In this document: in pieces, positions 31,389 through 40,896 of the stretch
How positions within the stretch are numbered: the stretch's first letter is position 1
Layout of the letters: every line of letters starts with the position of its first letter
IMG/VR virus record: IMGVR_UViG_3300009374_000001
Coordinates: 1-64,000 of that record
Length of the DNA: 64,000 nucleotides
Reading direction: 5' to 3' (one strand)
From: a virus
Position numbers and translations under genes: made by a program
The notes under the pieces: generated by a model
Told to the model about the DNA's origin: nothing
Database searches by the model: none
Seen by the model: only the letters and a program-made list of their open reading frames with translations

Positions 31389-32837
31389 ATGTCAAATATA
31401 AAAATTAAAGAATTAACAAGTGCTGATAAACTTTCTGAGTTAGTTGGGAAGCTTAATTATAATTTTAACCAAATTTTAATCAATGGCGGAGGACCAGCTG
31501 GGTTTCGTGGAGAGGAAGGGCCCCAGGGTTTAATGGGTTTAATTGGACAACCTGGAGAACAAGGCATACAGGGTCTTCAAGGAGATGCTGGCTTAGATTT
31601 AACAGAAGAGTGGATTCAGCATAATCAAAACGGTGCTAGAATACTAACGCCTGGCATTGATGAAACTGGAAACCCTGCCAAAATATTACTAGGGGCAAAC
31701 GACTATGCATCATATGATGATTGGAACGAAATTGGTAACTACTCTGATGGAGGGTATATTTCAAGTATTGTAGATGGGACAAATATAGTCAATAATGCTA
31801 TTTTTGGGCATACTACCATGATAGGTGGAGATGGAAAATATCAAGCTTCTCAATTTGCAAGGTTTGCTGTAGATAATACAGGTACTTTACTTATACAGGG
31901 CGCGCAATCAATTGCTTCAGGAGCAGAAAATGGACTCATTATAGAATCTATAGATGCATTTATTAAATTACAAAATTCTGCAGCAGGAACTCCGTCATAT
32001 ACAATAGAAGATTCGCATTGGTTTAAGGGTGGTCATGTAATATTAGAAGATATTGATTTACAGTTATCCTATAATGAGCAAGGTCCGGGTGGTTTTATTA
32101 AAATTCTTGATCAAGATGGCAATATTCATAATTCGTTATGGCTTGACATGGATAACACTTTACATATAGGCCCAAACAGTTCTCAAATTGATCAGATTAC
32201 TTTTTCTACAAATATAAATGGAAAGTACGTAAGCATAGATGAAAATAGATTACTTATTAATTCGGGTGCAATAACAGAGTCTAGTGATTTAAAGTCTAAC
32301 TTTCAAATTGATAAAGATTTTGCAATTGAAACAAATGAAAGATGGGTTATATTTGGAAATAACTTCCATAGTATAACTACAGGAGATGAGCCTATTGAGA
32401 AGACTTGGAGTGAGGATGACAGTTTTGCACTTGCAATTGATAAACTAAGCAAAGAGTTTAATATTATTGCATTTGATGGAGATGCTGGAGAAATAGATAA
32501 TTACAGAGTAGCATTTAAAATGGATAAAAACGGGAGTTTAGAAATAGACTCAAGTTTTTTAAACCCGCCATTAAAGACAGGGAGTTATTTAAATCATTCT
32601 GCACTTGAACCAAGATATGTTTCTCAAGGTGGATTTAATAGCACTATTGCTGGATTTACAGAAGATGTTTGGATCAAAAGTTTCACTGGATATAACGCAG
32701 AACTTAAATGGGTCGATGCTACGTATAAAGCAGTATATGAACCAGATGAACAAACTGGGATAGATGGAAATGGTATGATAAGTTTTATAACAGGAGATGG
32801 AAAAATGCATTTTGCAGGAGTACATGAAAATAATTAA
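31389..32837 (+). CDS. tail fibre protein with collagen-like repeat
   Basis: KLNYNFNQI anchor followed by a Gly-X-Y run GPAGFRGEEGPQG..GDAG (about 31491-31592). Confidence 0.75.
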   Translation: MSNIKIKELTSADKLSELVGKLNYNFNQILINGGGPAGFRGEEGPQGLMGLIGQPGEQGIQGLQGDAGLDLTEEWIQHNQNGARILTPGIDETGNPAKILLGANDYASYDDWNEIGNYSDGGYISSIVDGTNIVNNAIFGHTTMIGGDGKYQASQFARFAVDNTGTLLIQGAQSIASGAENGLIIESIDAFIKLQNSAAGTPSYTIEDSHWFKGGHVILEDIDLQLSYNEQGPGGFIKILDQDGNIHNSLWLDMDNTLHIGPNSSQIDQITFSTNINGKYVSIDENRLLINSGAITESSDLKSNFQIDKDFAIETNERWVIFGNNFHSITTGDEPIEKTWSEDDSFALAIDKLSKEFNIIAFDGDAGEIDNYRVAFKMDKNGSLEIDSSFLNPPLKTGSYLNHSALEPRYVSQGGFNSTIAGFTEDVWIKSFTGYNAELKWVDATYKAVYEPDEQTGIDGNGMISFITGDGKMHFAGVHENN

Positions 32838-32852
32838 ATAAAAAGATAAATA

Positions 32853-34256
32853 ATGTCAGTTAAAAAGAACTTAACTAATGATGAATTAAAGAATGCTATA
32901 GCATTTACAATTGATTATAAGAATAAAAGAGTAGGAATTAATAAACCAGAACCTGAGTTTGAGATGGATGTTAGTGGAGACATTAATGCTTCAAATAATA
33001 TACAAGGTTCTAAAATTATTGGCTTAAGTAATAACAATACATTCGGTAGTACTACAGTAACTGGTGTTTTGAATGTAGATGGGATTACACAATATACTCC
33101 TTACGCATTCCCACCAGATGGAGTTTCACTAGGCTCAGAATATTTTAATGCAAATACTAAGAAAAAATACTACTATGATGGTAATAACTGGATCCCTGTG
33201 GTTGGTGACTTAAACGATTTTCAACTAATACTCGATATTGAGCCGATAGCAGATAATATAGAATTTAGAAAAGTAGCAGGGTATAATACTATTATCACAG
33301 CAAACGGGGCTGTTCCTTCAAACGGCGACCCTACCTCACACCACTATGTACCTTTTATTACTACTAATAATTTTGGTACTGCACTTATTGCGAAGTTATC
33401 AGCAGAAACTATTACCACAAGAGGCGTTGGCGATGATAATAACGTAAGTCATTTAAGTATAGGTGATGTGACATTTAACGGGTATGCAATAGGACAACAT
33501 ACTATTCAAGTTTTAAATACTGATAATAGTGTTCATAATTTTATGTACTATCCAAATGACCAAGATATAAGCTTCGATTTAGAAACAGTTGAAGCAAATC
33601 CAGTAATATTAAAGGGATTAAGTGAGTGGGGTATCGGAGAAAGTGAAGTACAAATAACTGTAGATAATTTAGTTACAAATGACGCAGGCGGTGCATATAT
33701 ACCAGCAGAAAATACCATAGATGGAGTTAGGTGGAATTTGTCAGGATGGGAAATTGAATGGGTTGGTTTAGATGAAACTATTGAATTCTTAGTAGAAGGC
33801 GATTCTTTTCAATTTGGAAATTCAACGCTTGGTGCATCAGTTGGAGCTACAGCAGCTGATAATGACGTAGGAAAGCTAACGCTTTATATTAATAACATTA
33901 CAGGAGATGGTAGAAGAGTTGCAAAAGTTACAGGGAAGTTTTCACAAGAGCAAGGCGCTGTAACTCATGAACTTATATTATCTCAATTAGGCTTAGACCA
34001 AGGAGTTGAACCATTAAATAATACATTAGGAACAAGCACATTAAATGAAAATTCACAAATTGGATTATACGTAAAAGATGAAAGTGACTATAGAGAAAGA
34101 TTCATGTATTGGTTGGTTAACGGCGTTCAGTATAATGGGTCTGGTTCAGCATTCCTCTTGATGCTAACTATGGATTCAGACAAAACAGTGGTTGCAAGAT
34201 TTGGTCCACCGAGTCCTGACGGTGATGAACAGCTAGGTGGCGGACCACAATTTTAA
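32853..34256 (+). CDS. tail fibre/adhesin protein
   Basis: RVGINKPEP..DVSGDI fibre repeat; YYYDGNNW; C-terminal InlB-B-repeat-like FMYW..LTMDSDKTVVARF. Confidence 0.65.
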   Translation: MSVKKNLTNDELKNAIAFTIDYKNKRVGINKPEPEFEMDVSGDINASNNIQGSKIIGLSNNNTFGSTTVTGVLNVDGITQYTPYAFPPDGVSLGSEYFNANTKKKYYYDGNNWIPVVGDLNDFQLILDIEPIADNIEFRKVAGYNTIITANGAVPSNGDPTSHHYVPFITTNNFGTALIAKLSAETITTRGVGDDNNVSHLSIGDVTFNGYAIGQHTIQVLNTDNSVHNFMYYPNDQDISFDLETVEANPVILKGLSEWGIGESEVQITVDNLVTNDAGGAYIPAENTIDGVRWNLSGWEIEWVGLDETIEFLVEGDSFQFGNSTLGASVGATAADNDVGKLTLYINNITGDGRRVAKVTGKFSQEQGAVTHELILSQLGLDQGVEPLNNTLGTSTLNENSQIGLYVKDESDYRERFMYWLVNGVQYNGSGSAFLLMLTMDSDKTVVARFGPPSPDGDEQLGGGPQF

Positions 34257-34270
34257 AAATAAAAGCTAAT

Positions 34271-34510
34271 ATGCAATTAAGTAAAAAAGAATATTTTACA
34301 ATAAAAAACATGATAGATGATTATAAAAATGTCTATAATAAGATTTGTGAATTAGAAGATGAGATGAAAAAATGTCATGAAACACAAATTAAATTAGAAG
34401 AACATTTAAGATATATTAGAGAAAATGAAAAAAGATTCTCAAATAAACTAGAAGAAAGATACGGTCCTGGGAAATTAAACGCAGCTACCTTAGAATATGA
34501 AACGAAATAA
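34271..34510 (+). CDS. small coiled-coil hypothetical protein
   Basis: 79 aa ending LEERYGPGKLN. Confidence 0.65.
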   Translation: MQLSKKEYFTIKNMIDDYKNVYNKICELEDEMKKCHETQIKLEEHLRYIRENEKRFSNKLEERYGPGKLNAATLEYETK

Positions 34511-34522
34511 AGAAGTATAAAC

Positions 34523-35878
34523 ATGGGAGAAAGTTCAAAATATTTTAAAATCTCTAGCGAGATATTAATGGAATACATTTATCATGACCCAAGCGCTGCA
34601 GCACAGGGCTATCATGTTAAGGGTAACTCGAATCATCCAGATTACCCTGATGATCCAAGAGGGCCTATTATTGAAACAGACTTAAACGATGCAACTATCA
34701 ACATATTAGAGAATTTGCATAACGGTAGTAATTATTTCTCATTTGCAAAGTACCTAAGTCACCCTGGTATAAACACAGATCTATACCCGCTAGGAAATTA
34801 TAGAGATAGGAGCTCTTTAGAAATCAATGCAGATGAAGCTAAATATGCATTACTTAATGATAATAGCCAAGTCAATTATATAGACTTTGATAGTAATATT
34901 ACAGGAACTGATGCGCTAAACGCGCAAATTACAGATGCTTTAAATGTTGCACCTAAGAAATCTATGGTATATGATACAGTTAAGCTTCATTTAGTAAATT
35001 CATATGACATAAGTAATGAATATGGTGGATTTATATTAGAACTAAATATGCTAGATTCTATAGATGTTAAGCACTATTTATCTTCTTTGTTGTATCTAAA
35101 TTCAGACTCATTTGAGAAGATTAACCCTAGACCTTTTATCTTAGGTGGGGCAATGTTTAATAAGTATATAGAGTTTAAAGTACCATCGTTAAAATGGATG
35201 GAAGAAGACTGGAATAATGACCCGACACAAACAGATACTTTTGTTTATGCATTTACAAATGGTAATGGGCCAAAAGAAAATGGTAATATTGATGTATCAT
35301 TAAGATTTATTAGTAATATATATGAAGATTCAGGCTATACGTATTTTAATGCACCAGAATCTATGGGATTTAATCTTAATAGAGAAGATGAGTATGCGGG
35401 ATTAATTGCAGTGCTAGAAGAAGCAGAAGATGGAGAGTATTTTAAACTTTATGGAGAATATGATGGTGAAATTTATGAAAACTTTATTACTTCTTTAATG
35501 AATACAAGTAATGCAGATTATATAGTATTTCATGACATCCAAGTATTTGAACAGATTGGTCTTTTAGGAGAAGGGAGCACGAGCAGTTTTATTGAAACGA
35601 GTAACATTACATTTGTGCAAACATCTGACTTTGAAGATCCATATCTATTTAGACCGATTATAAAAAATGCGAATGCTGCAGTTTCATATAGAATTGAATA
35701 CAACTTAAGATTATATAACAGTATCGATAATTCACAAATAATTAAACGAGCAAGCTTCGGCAGCTTTGATACAAAGAAGTATGGAAAAAAGATGAAAAGA
35801 ATAAATTTAGGCACAGTTCCTACTGTCACGAAGATTTATAATGTTATTGATAAACTTGCAACTATGGAGATTAAATAA
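34523..35878 (+). CDS. putative virion structural protein
   Basis: 451 aa, coupled to the gp3-like gene. Confidence 0.5.
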   Translation: MGESSKYFKISSEILMEYIYHDPSAAAQGYHVKGNSNHPDYPDDPRGPIIETDLNDATINILENLHNGSNYFSFAKYLSHPGINTDLYPLGNYRDRSSLEINADEAKYALLNDNSQVNYIDFDSNITGTDALNAQITDALNVAPKKSMVYDTVKLHLVNSYDISNEYGGFILELNMLDSIDVKHYLSSLLYLNSDSFEKINPRPFILGGAMFNKYIEFKVPSLKWMEEDWNNDPTQTDTFVYAFTNGNGPKENGNIDVSLRFISNIYEDSGYTYFNAPESMGFNLNREDEYAGLIAVLEEAEDGEYFKLYGEYDGEIYENFITSLMNTSNADYIVFHDIQVFEQIGLLGEGSTSSFIETSNITFVQTSDFEDPYLFRPIIKNANAAVSYRIEYNLRLYNSIDNSQIIKRASFGSFDTKKYGKKMKRINLGTVPTVTKIYNVIDKLATMEIK

Positions 35879-36420
35879 TGTTATTAAATGCAAGAAATAA
35901 TCAGTTCGACTTTAAATTCCCTAGAAACTTTATTCCAGAAGCAATTGAAGAGAAATATGGGTCTTACTTAAACAGAATCCCAGGGAATGTAGTTGAAAAA
36001 ACTATAGATTTTATCAATTATACAATTCAAAGTGTATCAATACCAAGCTTTGGCTTTGACCCCGCAGAAGTTCAAACTAACGACGGGACAGTTACATACT
36101 TTAAGGGAAGTCAGCCGCTTCAGCAATTAATTGATAGGGAGTTTACTGTGACATTCCAGCTTGTCGACGGGTATATAAACTATTGGATATTACTAGACAC
36201 GCTCTTATATTATTACGTGTTAGATAATAATATTGATGATTTTTTATTAAGAATGAAAGATTCAGAAGGGAATGCATTGGTAACAATCAAAATGATTGAA
36301 CCGATTATGAAAATGCTAACTGAGCTAGAGTTAAGTTTTGCAAGTAATGTAGCAGAGTTCCAGACATTTGATGTTTCTTTTACATATAATATTATGGAAA
36401 TAAATATGGAGATTGATTAG
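35878..36420 (+). CDS. tail tube terminator / tail-tube-fold protein (gp3/gp19-like)
   Basis: IQSVSIPS..FTVTFQLVDGYINYW..LTELELSF..FDVSFTYN. Confidence 0.65.
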   Translation: MLLNARNNQFDFKFPRNFIPEAIEEKYGSYLNRIPGNVVEKTIDFINYTIQSVSIPSFGFDPAEVQTNDGTVTYFKGSQPLQQLIDREFTVTFQLVDGYINYWILLDTLLYYYVLDNNIDDFLLRMKDSEGNALVTIKMIEPIMKMLTELELSFASNVAEFQTFDVSFTYNIMEINMEID

Positions 36421-36779
36421 TGGAAGATGTAGTACAAGAAATAACAACTGAGCTTATAGGTAAATATGGCTGGATGGCACTTGCATTTTTTACTCTTTCT
36501 ATATTTAGAAACACTATAACAGAAATGATAGAGGCGTTAGGCATTTTTATTGGAAATGATTTTAATAATGATGATGTAATATATGTAAATGGCAGAGAAG
36601 CCAGAATTATTAGAGTTACTTTAAGAAAGACAGTTTTTTATATGGTTGAAGAAAATACAAAGATGGTAGTTAAAAATACAAGATTAAAGTCTTTAACACT
36701 GGAGAAAAAATTACCAAATACTGAGTATAGACAAAAATATATAGAAATGAGAAACAAACATAAAAAAGATAATATATAA
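36420..36779 (+). CDS. truncated MscS-like membrane protein (TM plus beta-domain)
   Basis: Hydrophobic helix followed by IFIGNDFNNDDVIYVNGREARIIRVTLRKTVF, the MscS middle beta-domain pattern. Confidence 0.6.
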   Translation: MEDVVQEITTELIGKYGWMALAFFTLSIFRNTITEMIEALGIFIGNDFNNDDVIYVNGREARIIRVTLRKTVFYMVEENTKMVVKNTRLKSLTLEKKLPNTEYRQKYIEMRNKHKKDNI

Positions 36780-36782
36780 TTT

Positions 36783-37160
36783 ATGGAAACATTTTTAGAA
36801 TTTATAGAAAAGGAAGATAAAATTTCAGAAGCTGAAGTTGAATCGCTTAATGAAAATCTCAAGTCAGAATTAACTGAAGAAGAAGAAGCTGAAGTTGATG
36901 CAGCAATCGATGCGTTTGTTGAAGAGTACTTAGATAAAGGAAAAACACTCGCGGATCTTAATGAAGAAATGACAAATGAAGGCATACTTGGTGGTATATT
37001 TGGTGGACTTACCGGATTTGCATTTGGCAAGAGTGTAGGAAAGCTTATTGCAAAAGTCTTAGGAATTAGTAAAGGAGTTTTATATGACTTATTGACTTCA
37101 AGACTTGTAGGGGCAGCTCTTGGTGCGGCAATTGGAAATAGTTTAGGTAAGAAAAAATAA
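36783..37160 (+). CDS. glycine-zipper protein with acidic pro-region and capsid-targeting-like leader
   Basis: METFLEFIEKE leader, acidic 66 aa, then GILGGIFGGLTG..GAALGAAIG. Confidence 0.7.
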   Translation: METFLEFIEKEDKISEAEVESLNENLKSELTEEEEAEVDAAIDAFVEEYLDKGKTLADLNEEMTNEGILGGIFGGLTGFAFGKSVGKLIAKVLGISKGVLYDLLTSRLVGAALGAAIGNSLGKKK

Positions 37161-37171
37161 AATAAGATAAA

Positions 37172-37510
37172 ATGAAAACATCAGAATTACAAAAAATAAT
37201 TAGAGAAGAAATTCAAAGCTTGAATGAAGGCAACATTGCAATAAACACTAAGCATAGATATTGGTATGGTGTAGATTCTCCAGAAAAGCAATCTGATAAA
37301 TTTTTAGTTGCAAATAAAGGTGTTGATAAGAAAAAAATAGAAAATAAAGATTTACAAATATGGATTACTAAATTTGTAAAAGATAATAAATTAAAAGATG
37401 CTTGGGATTATAATTGGATTGCAATGTTTTGCTATTCTATGAAGTATACAAATAAATATAAAAACGTTGATTTAGGTAAAATGGACGAATGGGCAAGAAA
37501 AAACCATTAA
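37172..37510 (+). CDS. hypothetical protein with 'ELxKIIREE' leader
   Basis: MKTSELQKIIREEIQSLNE. Confidence 0.65.
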   Translation: MKTSELQKIIREEIQSLNEGNIAINTKHRYWYGVDSPEKQSDKFLVANKGVDKKKIENKDLQIWITKFVKDNKLKDAWDYNWIAMFCYSMKYTNKYKNVDLGKMDEWARKNH

Positions 37511-38173
37511 TTGAAAGACATTTTCATAGGCATAGACTTTAGTCTTAAAAGCCCAGGCATTTGTATTTATAAAGATAACACGTATAAGTGGTTAAGCTTT
37601 ATTTCACTTGATAAAAAACACACAAAGAAAGAGATTAAAGTCATTGAAGAACTTTCTACATTAGCAGATGTTGAGGTTATAGAATTAATTTCAAGAGATA
37701 TTAAAAAGAAAGTATTGCGTTCAGAATTTGAGAAACTCAGGCTTTACACAGATAATGCATTACTCATATTAAAACATCTTAAGTTTGCAATTGGACAGAG
37801 GACAGATGATACAAGTTTACACTTTATATTTGAAGGATATAGCTATGGAAGTCAAACAAATAATTTGATAGACATTGTAGGAGCTACCACAATCTTAAAA
37901 AACATGATAATATTGGAATTCATATATGCAGAAGATTCTATGATAGTTCTTGCTCCTACTACTATTAAGAAACAAGCAGGTCATGGGAGATATAATAAAA
38001 GAGAATTATGGGATGTCTTTTCAGAGAATAGACTAGGTGATAAAGATATAGTGAAGTCAGATTTTTATAACTTTGCAAAAGAATTAGAAATAGGTAAGAA
38101 AGTCTATGCACCATTAGATGACTTAGTTGATTCATACTTGGTTATTAATGCAGGAATTAGATTAAAAGATTAA
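37511..38173 (+). CDS. RuvC-like Holliday junction resolvase
   Basis: IGIDFSLKSPGIC, FEGYSYG, PTTIKK, DDLVDSY RNase-H-fold motifs (TTG start). Confidence 0.8.
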   Translation: MKDIFIGIDFSLKSPGICIYKDNTYKWLSFISLDKKHTKKEIKVIEELSTLADVEVIELISRDIKKKVLRSEFEKLRLYTDNALLILKHLKFAIGQRTDDTSLHFIFEGYSYGSQTNNLIDIVGATTILKNMIILEFIYAEDSMIVLAPTTIKKQAGHGRYNKRELWDVFSENRLGDKDIVKSDFYNFAKELEIGKKVYAPLDDLVDSYLVINAGIRLKD

Positions 38174-38179
38174 ATACAT

Positions 38180-38206
38180 AAACAAATAATCATTATTTAA
38201 TATAAT
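38180..38206 (+). promoter_or_regulatory. putative early/middle promoter AAAC-N17-TATAAT
   Basis: taaacaaataatcattatttaatataataatt, nearly identical to 53227-53259. Confidence 0.7.
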
Positions 38207-38273
38207 AATTGTTAAAGAGCTAATAGGCACTTTACAGGCAATAAACAAAACAAAGAAGTTAAGAGGCAATAAA

Positions 38274-39188
38274 ATGGCAAAGAACGAACTAGACATTTTT
38301 AATATCGGCGTAGACGATATTGAAATGCATAAACGAGAAAAGACACAATCTGATATTTATAAACCCAATGCACTAGATGGGAAAGATGGCGTTTATAAAG
38401 CACTAATCAGATTCATCCCAAACATAAACAATCCTACAAATCCATTAATTCATAAATGGGTATATTGGCTGACAGATCAAAATGGTGATGGCAAACTTAT
38501 AGATTCACCAGGCACTGTTAATAAAGAAGATCCAATTGCAAAGTTGTTTTTTAAGCTTCGTAAATCTGAATCTGCAGTAGACCGCAAGAATAGCGAAAAG
38601 CTTAAGCGCAGAGAACAGTTTTATGGCATTGTTCAAGTTATTAAAGACCCACAGAATCCTGATTTAGAAGGTACATTGAAGGTTTTTAAATTTGGTTACA
38701 AGATTAAGCAAAAACTTGATGAAGAATTAAAACCTGCATTTGGTGAAGCTACTCAAATTTTTGATCTTTTTGATGGAAAGAACTTTGAGTTAATTATCAC
38801 AAGACAGGGCGATTTTAATAATTATGATTCAAGTAAGTTTTCTAACTCAACATCTCCAATTGCTATTGATGATGTAGAAATGGAACGCAACACAGAAAGT
38901 ATGGATCTTATTAGAACGCATTTGACTGATAATACACCAAACGTCTCTGTATTCGAGTATAAAGAATGGGATGATGAAACACATGACTGGGTAAATACAT
39001 GCTTAAACCAGTATAGAAGTCCTGGGGAGTATATCACATCCACATCTGCTCCAGTAGTTGAAGAAAAACAAGTAGCGACATCTTTAGTAAATGATGAACA
39101 GCCGACTGATACAGAAGTAGCTGGTGATACCAATAAAGATACAGGCGACGAAGCTCTTGATGATTTCCTTAATAACTTAGATATTTAA
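38274..39188 (+). CDS. single-stranded DNA-binding protein gp32-like
   Basis: ALIRFIP, VIKDPQNPDLEG..VFKFGYKI, FDLFDGKNF, NYDSSKF; acidic tail LDDFLNNLDI. Confidence 0.9.
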   Translation: MAKNELDIFNIGVDDIEMHKREKTQSDIYKPNALDGKDGVYKALIRFIPNINNPTNPLIHKWVYWLTDQNGDGKLIDSPGTVNKEDPIAKLFFKLRKSESAVDRKNSEKLKRREQFYGIVQVIKDPQNPDLEGTLKVFKFGYKIKQKLDEELKPAFGEATQIFDLFDGKNFELIITRQGDFNNYDSSKFSNSTSPIAIDDVEMERNTESMDLIRTHLTDNTPNVSVFEYKEWDDETHDWVNTCLNQYRSPGEYITSTSAPVVEEKQVATSLVNDEQPTDTEVAGDTNKDTGDEALDDFLNNLDI

Positions 39189-39198
39189 GGTATAACTA

Positions 39199-40266
39199 AT
39201 GGAGGTAAATTCAGGTTTATTTGATGAAATAACAAGTTTAATTCATCAAATTTTAACTGAGCAGCACTCTAATCATTCTAAACAAAGCATGCGGGACATG
39301 CAAGGTCGTTTAAACTTTGCATGCCCGTATTGCGGGGATTCTGCAATTGACAAGAATAAAGCAAGAGGCAACTTATATTTCGATACGCTCCAGTATCACT
39401 GTTATAACTGTGAAAAGCACACAGACATATATAGATTGTTTAAAGACTTTTCAGTTTCATTCAAAGACCCAAACACAACATTAAATGTTTTAGATTATAT
39501 TAAAGCAAATGCCAGTTTTGGAAAACAAGCAGAAGTTTTAGAATTTGAACTATTTGAGAAACTTAAAAGATATGCAGTCCCAATAAGTAAAATTCAAGAC
39601 AAGTTTAAATGCTATCCAATTTCACAAAATAGCACAATCTATCCGTATCTTAAAAAAAGACTTATACATATATTCTCCCAGTCATTTTTGTATTCTGAAA
39701 AGTATGATAAGTTGTATATATTAAATCTTTTGCCTACTGGAGATGTAGTATCTTTCCAAATTAGAGATATGAAAGGCGGGCCAAACAAGTATATGACATT
39801 TAATCTTGAAAAAATTATAAACAACTGTAAGCTAGATTCAATGCATTTAACAGAAGAAGCTGAAGAAGTAAAAAACATTAATAAGTTATCAACATTGTTT
39901 GGTATTGGGACTATTGACTTTTCAAAATCTTTTACTTTGTTTGAAGGGCCATTAGATGCAAAGTTTTTATATAACTCATTAGGTCTAACCACAGCTGGTA
40001 GAAATACTATAGAATTTGACGAGCTAAGTACAGTCAGATATTTATTTGATAACGATGAAGTAGGTAAGCGCATTATGCTTGAAAAGTTAAAAGCAGGAAA
40101 GCACGTTTTTTTATGGAAAAAGTTAATTGATGATTATAATTTATATAAATATAATATCAAGGATTTGAACGATTTAATGATGATATGTTATAAAAACAAA
40201 ATAAATGCACATAGACATATTGAAAAGTATTTCTCAAACGAAAGTTTGGATATGATTTATGTATAA
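39199..40266 (+). CDS. DNA primase gp61-like
   Basis: NFACPYCGDS..YHCYNC zinc finger; FEGPLD and FDND TOPRIM motifs; KDLND. Confidence 0.9.
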   Translation: MEVNSGLFDEITSLIHQILTEQHSNHSKQSMRDMQGRLNFACPYCGDSAIDKNKARGNLYFDTLQYHCYNCEKHTDIYRLFKDFSVSFKDPNTTLNVLDYIKANASFGKQAEVLEFELFEKLKRYAVPISKIQDKFKCYPISQNSTIYPYLKKRLIHIFSQSFLYSEKYDKLYILNLLPTGDVVSFQIRDMKGGPNKYMTFNLEKIINNCKLDSMHLTEEAEEVKNINKLSTLFGIGTIDFSKSFTLFEGPLDAKFLYNSLGLTTAGRNTIEFDELSTVRYLFDNDEVGKRIMLEKLKAGKHVFLWKKLIDDYNLYKYNIKDLNDLMMICYKNKINAHRHIEKYFSNESLDMIYV

Positions 40267-40465
40267 TTATATGATTGATAAAGAAATAGAAGAATTTTTA
40301 AGAGATTCAATTTTAGACGAGCGAAAGAATAAGTTACTGATTGACTTAAAGCTTGAAGATACAAAGGAAATAGAACTGCCCGTTTTAAAAATTGAAAAGC
40401 CTAAAAGAAAAAAAGTAAAAGTATTTAAGCATTGGAAAAAGAAGAGCAAAAGGGATTTGTTTTAA
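40259..40465 (+). CDS. small hypothetical protein
   Basis: 68 aa, overlaps both neighbours. Confidence 0.55.
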   Translation: MYNYMIDKEIEEFLRDSILDERKNKLLIDLKLEDTKEIELPVLKIEKPKRKKVKVFKHWKKKSKRDLF

Positions 40466-40893
40466 TGAATGATAAAGAGAAAAAACTAGAAGATTTAGAA
40501 AAGTTTCTTTCTTCTAAAAGAAGCGAGTGGACCAGCAGAATTCGTGAAATAATTAAAGGTATTCGTAATGTTGAAAAGCTAGAAGATGATATCGCACTAA
40601 TGCTTTCATATAGACAAATGCTAGTAGAAGAAGTAGCAGACTTGAACTCCACGATTTTTAAAAACAAAAAGTCATACAATGTACTTCAAAAGCATAAATA
40701 TATATCATATTATAAAAACGACTACAAATGGTCTGACAAACAAAAAAATATGATGTTAAAATCTGATTTGGCGATAGAAATCATGCAAATACAATTACTA
40801 GATTCTCAGCTTGAATTTTTCAAAGAATGTATACAGACGCTTGATAAAATGGGATGGGCTGCTAAAGTTAGAGTAGACCTAGAAAATATATAA
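40465..40893 (+). CDS. recombination mediator UvsY-like
   Basis: Helical protein directly upstream of UvsW; ATG at 40465 (TAATG overlap) preferred to the track start at 40432. Confidence 0.55.
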   Translation: MNDKEKKLEDLEKFLSSKRSEWTSRIREIIKGIRNVEKLEDDIALMLSYRQMLVEEVADLNSTIFKNKKSYNVLQKHKYISYYKNDYKWSDKQKNMMLKSDLAIEIMQIQLLDSQLEFFKECIQTLDKMGWAAKVRVDLENI

Positions 40894-40896
40894 TGT

